Below are positions 55,515-64,000 of a stretch of DNA of 64,000 nt, one piece after another. Each line of letters begins with the position of its first letter. Position 1 is the first letter of the stretch. The translations under genes and the position numbers were made by a program. Source of the stretch: the human T2T-CHM13v2.0 reference genome, Homo sapiens; assembly GCF_009914755.1 (NCBI RefSeq), contig NC_060932.1; one strand, given 5' to 3'. The notes beneath the pieces are model-generated. The model was not told the DNA's origin. It searched no databases and worked only from the letters and a program-made list of their open reading frames with translations.

Positions 55515-55940
55515 AACTGGCAAATAATAATTATATATATTTATGGGGTACAGTGTGGTGTTTCAATAAATGTATACTTTGTGGAATGATCAAATGGGGC
55601 TAATTTGCATATCCATCACTTCAAATATTTATCATTTCTTTCTGGTGAGAACGTTCAAAATCCTCTGTTAGCTGTTTTGAAGTATACATTAACTATAGTC
55701 ATCATGCTGTGCAATAGACCATGAGAACTTATTCTATCTAATTGAAACTCTGTACATTTTAACCAACATCTCTCTTTCCCTATACACTCTTGCCTCCGGA
55801 CCAGCCTCTAGTAACCACTACTTTATTGTCTACTTCTATGAGTTTGACTTTTTAAACTTCTATATATAAGTGAGGTCACACAGTATTCAACTTTCTGCGC
55901 CTGGCTTATTTCACTTAGAATAATGTCTTCCAGGCCCATG
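55515..55940 (-). mobile_element. Old LINE-1 (L1MA-like) 3' end
   Basis: Reverse L1MA-type 3' UTR (TTTATGGGGTACAGTGTG...CTGGCTTATTTCACTTAGAATAATGTCTTCCAGG). Confidence 0.82.
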
Positions 55941-56376
55941 TCAGAAGGCTTTTCCTCTAAGATCATGAACAAGGCAATGATGCCCATTTTTATCACTTCT
56001 GTTCAACACAGTACTGTCTTTCCTAGCCAGAGCAATTAAGCAAGAAAAAGAAAAGGCATCCAAATAGAAATGAAAGAAGTGAAACTCTTTTTCATCATGT
56101 ATTTCATAATCTTATGTATAGAAATTCCTAAAGACTTCATCAAAACACTGTAAGAACTGACAAATGAATTCAGTAAAGTTGCAGGATACAAAATCAACAT
56201 ATAAAAATCACTAGTGTTTCTATAAACTAACGATGCCCTACCTGAAAAAGAAAATTTAAAAAACCAATTAATTTACGATAGTGTAAAAAATAGGATGAAT
56301 TTAACTCAGGAAGTGAAAGATGACACAAACAAATGAAAAGATACCCTATGTTCATGAATTGGAAGAATTTTAATAT
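55941..56376 (+). mobile_element. Old LINE-1 ORF2 (RT region) fragment, inverted relative to the adjacent 3' end
   Basis: Degenerate AFPLRS...ARAIKQEKE...FSKVAGYKIN...PCS-IGRI coding remnant; continues at 63140. Confidence 0.82.
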
Positions 56377-58192
56377 TTTAATTTTATTTTTTAGTTTGTT
56401 TTTTTGTTTTTAAATATTTATTTCAATAGCTTTTGGGGTATATGTGGTTTTTGGTTACATGGATGAATTACATAGTGGTGAATTCTGAGACTTTAGTGCA
56501 CCTGCCACCCGAGTAGTGTACGCTGTCCATAATATACAGTTTTTTAAAATCCCTCACTCCCCTCCCACCTTCACCCTTCTGAGTTGCCAAAGTCTATTAT
56601 TCACCCTGTATGCTTTTGCATACTCATAGCTTAGCTCCCAACTATAAGTGAGAACATATGGTATTTGGTTTTCCATTCCTGAGTTACTTCACTTAGAATA
56701 ATGGCCTCCAGTTCCATCCAAGGTGCTGCAAAAGACATTATTTTGTTCCTTTTTATGGCTAAGTAGTATTCAATTATATAAAATGTAGTTGTGTGTGTGT
56801 ATATATATGTGCGTGTGTGTGTGTGTGTGTGTGTGTATACGGGACTGCTGGATCAAATGGTAGCTCCACTTTTAGTTCTTTAAGGAATCTCGATATAGTT
56901 TTCCATAGATATTGTTCTAATTTACATTCTCACTAGCAGTGTATAAGCATTCCCTTTTTACCACATCCACACCAACATCTATTGTTTTTTCACTTTTTAA
57001 TAATGGCCATTCGTGCAGGGGTAAGGTGGTGTCTCACTGTGGTTTTAATTTGTATTTCCCTGATGATTAGTGATGTTGAACATTTTTTCATATGTTTGTT
57101 GGCCATTTGTATATCTTCTTTTGAGAAATGTCTGCTCATGTCATTTGTCCACTTTTAGATGGGATTGTTGTTTTCTTGCTGATTCGTTTGGTTCCTTGTA
57201 GATTCCAGATACTAGTCCTTTGTCAGATGCATAGTTTGCAAATATTTTTTCTCATTCTGTGGGTTGTCTGTTTACTCTGATGATTATTTATTTTGCTGTG
57301 TAGAATATTTTTAGTTTAATCAGGTCCCATTTATTTATTTTTGATTTTGTTGCACTTGCTTTTGGGGTTTTAGTCATGAATTCTTTACCGAGGCCAATAT
57401 CCCAAAGAGGTTTTCCGAGGTTATCCAGGAGATAACCTCGGAAAAATGTTTTTATGGTTTCAGGTCTTAGATTTAAGGTTTTAATCCATCATGAGTTAAT
57501 TTTTGTATAAGATGAGAAAGAGGGATCTAGTTTCATTCTTCTACATGTGGCTATCCAGTTTTCCCAGCACCATTTATTAAATAAGGTGTCCTTTCCCTAG
57601 CTTATGCTTTTGTATGTTTTGTTGAAAGTCAGTTGGATGTAAATATTTGGTTTTACTTCTGGGTTCTCTATTCTGTATCATTGGTTCATGTGCCTAATTT
57701 TATACCAGTACCATGCTGTTTTGGTAACTATAGCCTTACAGTATAATTTGAAGTCAGATAATGTGATGTCTCCAGATTTGTTCTTTCGGCTTAGGACTGC
57801 TTTGGCTATTTGGGCTCTTTTTCAGTTTCTTTTGAATTTCAGCATTGTTTTTTCTAATTCTGTGAAAAGTGTTGTTGGTATTTTGATAGGAATTGCATTG
57901 AATCTGTAGAATGCTTTGGGCAGTATGGTTATTTTCATGATATAGATTTTTTCAATCCATGAGCATGGGATGTGTTTCCATTTGTTTCTGTCATCTCTGT
58001 TATCTCTCAGCAATGTTTTGTAGTTCTCCTTGAAGAGGTCTTTCATCTCCTTGGTTAAATACATTCCTAGGTATTTTAATATTTTTGCAGTATTGTAAAA
58101 GGGATTGAGTTTGCAGCTTGGCTGTTGTTTGTGTATAGCAGTTCTACTGATTTGTGTACATTGATTTTGTAACCTGAGACTTTATTGAATTC

Positions 58193-58490
58193 TTTTATTT
58201 ATTTATTTTGCAGCAGGGTCTCACTCTGTCACCCAGGCTGGAGTACAGTGGCACAAACATGGCTCACTGCAGCCTTGACCTTCCTGGGCTCAAGCAATTC
58301 TCCCACCTCAGCCTTCCAACTAGTTAGGACTACAGGCAGGCACCACCACACCTGGATAATTTTTGTATTTTTTGTAGAGATGGGGTCTTGTCATGTTGCC
58401 CAAGCTGGTCACAAACTCTTGAACTCAGGCAATCCACCTCCTTCAGCCTCCTAAAGTGCTCAGATTAAAGATGTGAGCCACCACGCCTGG
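58193..58490 (-). mobile_element. Alu SINE (AluJ-like) inserted in the L1PB
   Basis: Reverse dimer; TGAATTCTTTT on both flanks. Confidence 0.92.
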
Positions 58491-60135
58491 ACTGAATTCT
58501 TTTATTAAATCTAGGAGTTTTTTTGAGGACTCTTTAGGGTTTTCTAAATATACGATCATATCATCAACGAACAGCAATAGTTTGACTTCCTCTTTTCCAA
58601 TTTAGATGCCCTTTATTTCTTTCTCTTGCCTGATTGCTCTGGCTAGGACTTCCTGTACTATGTTGAACAGATGTAAAATGGGCATCCTTGTTTTGTTCCA
58701 GTTCTCAGGGGGAATGCTTTCAACTTTTCTCCATTTTGTATGATGTTGGCTGTGGGTTTCTTGTATATGGCTTTTATTAATTTGAGTAAGTCCCTTCTAT
58801 GCCTAGTTAGTTGAGCGTTTTTTTTAATCATAAAAAGATGCTGGATTTTATCAAATGCCTCTTTCTGCATCTACTGACATGGTCACATGGTTTTTGTTAC
58901 TGATTCTCTTTATGTGATGTATCACATTTATTGACCTGCATCCCTGGAGTGAAACCCACTTGATAGTGGTGTGTTATCTTTCTGATGTGCTGTTGGATTT
59001 GGTTAGCTAGTATTTTGTTGAAGATTTTTGCATCTATGTTCATCAGGCATATTGGTCTGTAGTTTTCATTGTTGTTGTTATTGTTATATCCTTTCCCAGT
59101 TTTGGTATTGGTTACTATCTTCATAGAATAATTTAGGAATGATTCCCTCTTTCTCGATCTTTTGAAATAGTTTCAGTAGGATTGGTACCAATTCTTTGAA
59201 TGTCTGATAGAATTCATCTGTGAATCCTTCTGGCCCTGGGCTTTTTTTCTGCTAGCTTTTTCTTCTTCTTATTATTATTGCTGATTCAATCTCTCTGCTT
59301 GTTATTGGGCTGTTTGGGGTTTCTATTTCTTCCTGCTTAATCTAGGAGGCTTGTATGTTTCCAGGAATTTATCCATTTCCTCTAGGTTATCTAGTTTATG
59401 TGCATAGAAGTGTTCACAATAGTCTCAAAATGAAACTCTCCAGGTTCATTTCTAATTGAGCTCATTGGAACCTTCTCTCTTCTTTTCTTGGTTAATCTAG
59501 CTAATGGTCTATCAATTTTGTTTATCTTTTCAAAGGATCAAGTTTTTCTTTCATTAATCTTTTGTATTTTTTGTTTCAGTTTCATTTAGTTCTGTTCTCA
59601 TCTTCGTTATTTCTTCTCTTCTGCCAGCTTTGGGTTTGGTTTGTTCTTGTTTCTCTAGTTACTTGAGGTGTGACATTGGGCTGTCAGTTTGTGATTTTTC
59701 AGAAAAATTTGCTGTATGCATTTAGCAATATAAATTTTCCTCTTAGCACTGCTTTTGCTGTATCCCAGAGGTTTTGATAAGTTGTGTCACTACTATCATT
59801 TACTTCAAAGCATTTTTAAATTTCCATCTCAATTTTATTGTTAACCCAAAAATCATTCACGAGCAGATTGTTTAAATTCCACGTTATTTGTTGTTTTGGG
59901 GTTTTATTTTAAAGCTGATTTCTAGTTTTATTCCACTGTAATCTCAGAAGACACTTACTGTGATTCTGATTTTTAAAAATTTATTGAGACTTGTTTTGTG
60001 GCCTATCATATGGTCTCTCTTGGAGAATGCTCCAAGTGATGATGAGAAGAATGTATATTCTGCAGTTCTTGGGTAGAATGTTCTGATGTTCTGTAAATAT
60101 ATGTTAGGTCCTTTTGTTCTAGAGTGTAGTTAAGT

Positions 60136-60243
60136 CCTTTTTTTTTTTTTTTTTTTTTGAGATGGGGTTTCTCTCGTCACCCAGGCTAGAGTGCAATGGT
60201 GCGATCTTGGCTCACTGCAACTTCCGCCTCCCTGGTTGAAACG
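60136..60243 (-). mobile_element. Alu right-arm 3' fragment
   Basis: Poly(T) + GAGATGGGGTTTCTCTCGTCACCCAGGCTAGAGTGCAATGG...CCCTGGTTGAAACG, then an abrupt switch to L1 ORF1 sequence. Confidence 0.88.
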
Positions 60244-63139
60244 CTCCACTGCATTTTATTATATAATTCCCTAAGTGTGTCTTTCATTTCCAGAAATTGA
60301 TTGGCTTTTCTTTAGGATATCTATCTCTTTAGAAAATTTTTTGTTCACATCCTCAATTGTTTTGAAATTTTCTTTCTGTTATTTTTCACCTTTCTCTTAT
60401 ATCTCCTCGAATAGCTTAATAACCATTTTGAATTCTTTATCTGGTATCTCAATGGTTTCATCTTTGTTTAGATTCATTCCTGGAGGGATAGTGTGATATT
60501 TTGGGGGTGTTATAGAACCCTGTTTTGTCGTATTACCAGAATTACTTGTCTCATTCTTCCTCATTTGGGTAGATGATTTCTTCTCATTATTCTTGAATTT
60601 GTGTTTGATTTGACTATGTTTTTTGTTAATTTCTTTTTTCCCCCTCAAGGATGTGACTTTAATGTTTGTAGTTTATTGCAGCCTCTTTCAGTTCTTGTTC
60701 TTGGTGCTTTCACAGGTGAAGATTCTGTATAAGTCCCTCAGTTACAGAGTCTTTGTATGATGGCTTTCTCAGATGCTGGTTGCAGTAGCAATGTGCTTGC
60801 TGTGTCACCAAGTTCACGGTATCCTATAGGGTTGGAACGGCAGAGGTCTCTTGAAACATCTCATTCCCTCATGGTGTGCACTATTTACTTATTACCCAGT
60901 ATTTTATTTACTGGGTTGAATAGTTCAATAGTTGAATAGGCTTCAGGCCAATAGGGGAGGTGTCCATGGGTAAAAACTGGCTTTGGCTATAGCAGGTGGG
61001 TAAATGTAATACCTAATGGTGTCCTAGCCTCAACAGAGGTGGCTGGGTGAACTCTCAGGAAGACACACTGAGGTCCTATCAGAGGGAAGGACAAGAGCCA
61101 CCTCAGCTCCCCCTGCCAGGCCAGCAGGAAAGCTATCCTCCTCTCAGACTAACTTCTGACTCAGTGTTCTGGATATTCAGATCAGACAGGCACCTTTTTT
61201 CATCTGCAGGAATACTGATGTTCCAAGTAGAGAGAAATTGTGACTCTACCTCTCTTGCAAGCCTACACCTGGAGGGCGCTCCTCCTGTGGGATGCAGTCA
61301 CCCAAAGTGTTCCAGTAAGTCTGTCTATAGGTGCATCCCTGCCGAGGTCCCATGGGAAAAGCCCCAGCTGTGTCAGCAATGGTGGATGAGGGGGAAAATA
61401 AATCTCCAAGACCCTTCACAAGCACCAGAGCTGCCTAATCATTGGGGTAGAGCTACACACTTTCCCTGCTGAGCTCAGTACTGCAACTGTGCCTCTGCTG
61501 AAAGAAACTTCCCACCAGTGGAAAGATCTGGGACTCAAGGCCTGCTGTCTGGGTTTTTTTGTCCCACAGGGTTTTCCCTTTATGTGTTGTACTTCCTCTT
61601 CCTCTAGGAGTAGGAATCCCTGAGAGCCAGAGACTAACGTGAATGCTATTGCTCCTCTGGGTCTTCCACACTCCAGGATGGTGCTGGGGAATGTTTGCAA
61701 GGGATCCAGAGATGTGATCTGTCCTCAAGTCTCCCAGCAGTGGGTACCACCACCAGTTCTGATGGGGGTGGCAGGGGAGTGATGCAAACTCTTAGATTCC
61801 TTGGTTACAGGTAGCCTCCATGTATTGGTGTTCTCAAATGCTGGTTGTAGCAGTAATGAACTGGTCACATGGACAGACTCAAGACCCCCTGGTTAACCAG
61901 GGTGGTGCAGGCAATGGTGATAGCTGAGGTCACGCCCAAGTTTTCTCCTTTCTGGGTACTGTGTTGTTCCACCTGGAGATGCTATAAAGAACTGTGTCAG
62001 TTGGCTTCCAGCCAGGAGGTGACACTTGCAAAAGAATACCAGCTGCAGTGGTAATGATGGGATTTGTGCTTGCCTCATGTTACCCAGGGAAGGTACTCTG
62101 GTTTCTCAGGTAATGGGCAAGGCCATTAAGCTTCCAAAAATTTCTGTCCTTTGTGTTAAGCTACCAGGGAGGGTGGAGGGACAAAGCCAGGTGGGGGCTG
62201 AGTTAGGGAGGTCTATGCTCTGACTCTGCATGACAGGCAAGCAGCAGCCCCTGTGGAAGTTGTGGGTTAGTTTTCTGGCCACTGGGGTAAGGTTTCAAAG
62301 AGGAGCATAGCTGCCTCTGTTGCACAGAAGTTTGTGCAAGGAGTAAGGAGCACCCAGCTTCCACGCACTTGGCAAGGCAGATCTCACACCTGCAGTTTTC
62401 TGCTAGCAGCAGTGAGCTAAGTTCCAGGCTGTCTACACTCAGAACTAAAAACTGCCCCAGGCCATAAGCCTTCACTGCAGAAATAGCAAACGTGGCTTTT
62501 GGGCCATACCCCTCCCAGTCCACCCACACAGCTCCTACATTTATGGCTGCATCAAACTTCTCATTTGCTTCCCAGCCCCCATCCCCCTGTCCCAACTGCT
62601 TCTGGCTAAGGGTGTTCCCCCTCACTAGAAGTTGTATCACAAAATTCACTTGCGAGCTTCTTTCCATCTGTGACCACTGCCTGAGTAGGCAGACCTCCAT
62701 GAGGTCCCCTGTGAGGCAGAATAAAGAATGGCTTCCCTTGGTTTGCAGTGGAGACTGGGAATGCATGCAAGGTTCTTCCTGCTGCTGTTCCTACTTTTAT
62801 ATTCCTCCCTGCTCCCTAAATCAGTTCTAGCACGGTATAGGGTTAAGGCCTTCCCCCGTGGCCTGGATTTCTAGATTTCCCGGTGGGGGTGTATATGCTG
62901 GAGGCAGCCTTTCTCCTTCTCACACTCTAGGGACAAAGTTTTCTTCTGGCTTATGGTGTAGGCTGCATCCTGCCACATCTTTAAAAGAAACTGTGGATTT
63001 CAGTTTTCCTGTTAAGTTCCTGCATTGCTTTTTGAAAAAAAAGTTCACAGTGTGAGTATCTACATGCTGTTTTGTCTTTCCAAGCAGGAGAGGCATGCTA
63101 ATGATGCCTCCAATCTGCCATCTTGGAAAAAAAAACCAG

Positions 63140-63950
63140 AATATCATTAAATGTCCATACTACACAAAGTGATCTACAGATTCAGTGCAATCCCTATCAA
63201 AATTCCAATGTCATTCTTCACAGAAACAGAAAACACAATCTTAAAATTTGAATAGGGCCACAAGATCCAAATAGCCAAGACAGCATTGACCAAAAAGAAC
63301 AAAGCTGGAGGCATCACACAGCTGGATTTAAAAATATACTACAAAGCTATAGTAATCAAAACAGCATGACACTGGCATAAAAATAGACACATTGACCAAT
63401 GAATAGAATAGAGAGCTCAGAAATAAACCCACACACCTATGGTCAATTGATTTTCAAAAAGGGTGCCAGGTACAGACAATGGGGAAAAGGGCAGTCTCTT
63501 CAATAAGCTGTGTTGGAAAAAATGCATATCTTCATGCAGGAAAATAAAAATAAACCCTTATCTTCACCCCTTATACAAGAATCAACTCAGAATAAAGATT
63601 TAAATGTTAAGACCTAAAACTATAAAACTAACAGGCGAAAACATAGGGAGAAACCTCCAGGACATTGGTCTGGGTAGTGATTTCTTGGATTGTTCCCCAA
63701 AGCACAGGCAATGAAAGCAAAAATAGACAAATGAGATTGCATTAAACTAAAAAGCTTATGCACAGCAAAGGAAATAGTTAACAGAGCAAAAAAGCAACCC
63801 ACAGATTGGGAGAAAATATTTGTAAACCATACATTGTACAAGGGGATAAGATCCAAAATATATAAGCAACCAAGAAACAAGAAAACAAATAACTCTATTA
63901 AAAAATGGGCAAAAGACCTGAATAGTTGTTTCTCAAAAGAAGACATACAA
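63140..63950 (+). mobile_element. Continuation of the old LINE-1 ORF2 fragment
   Basis: Degenerate [25 protein letters not shown]...KKNKAGGIT...KWAKDLN..FSKEDIQ; ends at the TSD copy ATCATAGTTTTT. Confidence 0.88.
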
Positions 63951-64000
63951 ATCATAGTTTTTTTAATGAAATGGGTTAAAGAAAGATGGCTGTGGCCTAT

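Larger units (their letters stand above)
56377..63139 (-). mobile_element. Near full-length decayed LINE-1 (L1PB-like) with long 5' UTR and internal deletions
   Basis: T-rich tail at about 56380-56410; reverse 3' UTR; broken ORF2 pieces (ORFs 57822-58064, 58658-58870, 58897-59124); ORF1 N-terminal remnant (60397-60648); 5' end reading CAAGATGGCAGATTGGAGGCA on the minus strand near 63125. Confidence 0.88.

Noticed and set aside
62203-62766. 187-aa ORF (and 61047-61472, 62492-62830) as a novel gene or ORF0 analogue
   Set aside because: They lie in the relatively GC-rich decayed 5' UTR of the old L1; no recognisable domain, and overlapping ORFs on both strands suggest chance.
44400-64000. Exons of the neighbouring gene (MRPL13 is recalled to lie downstream on the minus strand)
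   Set aside because: No ribosomal protein L13-like coding exon was recognised; the region is almost all repeats. Non-coding extended exons cannot be excluded by eye.

Overview
This window is primate genomic DNA, consistent with human, carrying the 3' end of COL14A1 (collagen XIV alpha-1, a FACIT collagen) on the + strand. Seven internal coding exons (2831-40245) splice in frame through GT-AG junctions and encode the end of COL2, NC2, COL1 and the CxxxxC start of NC1. Two alternative terminal exons follow (41096-41127 DLIPYNDYQH*; 41912-41991 APHPDQPEFTPVQDELEAMELWGPGV*), then a 3' UTR with several AATAAA signals out to about 44.3 kb. The 21.7-kb intron holds a sense-strand L1PA2-type LINE-1 (19738-25169, 16-bp TSD). 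Its ORF1 and ORF2 are both open, but about two thirds of the 5' UTR/promoter is missing. The rest is Alu, MIR/L2, MaLR LTR, Tigger and old L1 sequence, including a TSD-bounded nested L1 complex (55.5-64 kb). I see no CRISPR array, RNA gene or convincing new gene system. The most interesting leads are a possible decayed long-NC1 coding remnant or micro-exon around the last exon, a recursive-splice-like AG|GTGAGT site, the promoterless intact L1, a 3' UTR G-quadruplex, and several foldback/templated-insertion scars. Repeat subfamily calls and orthologue comparisons come from recalled consensus sequences, not from searches.
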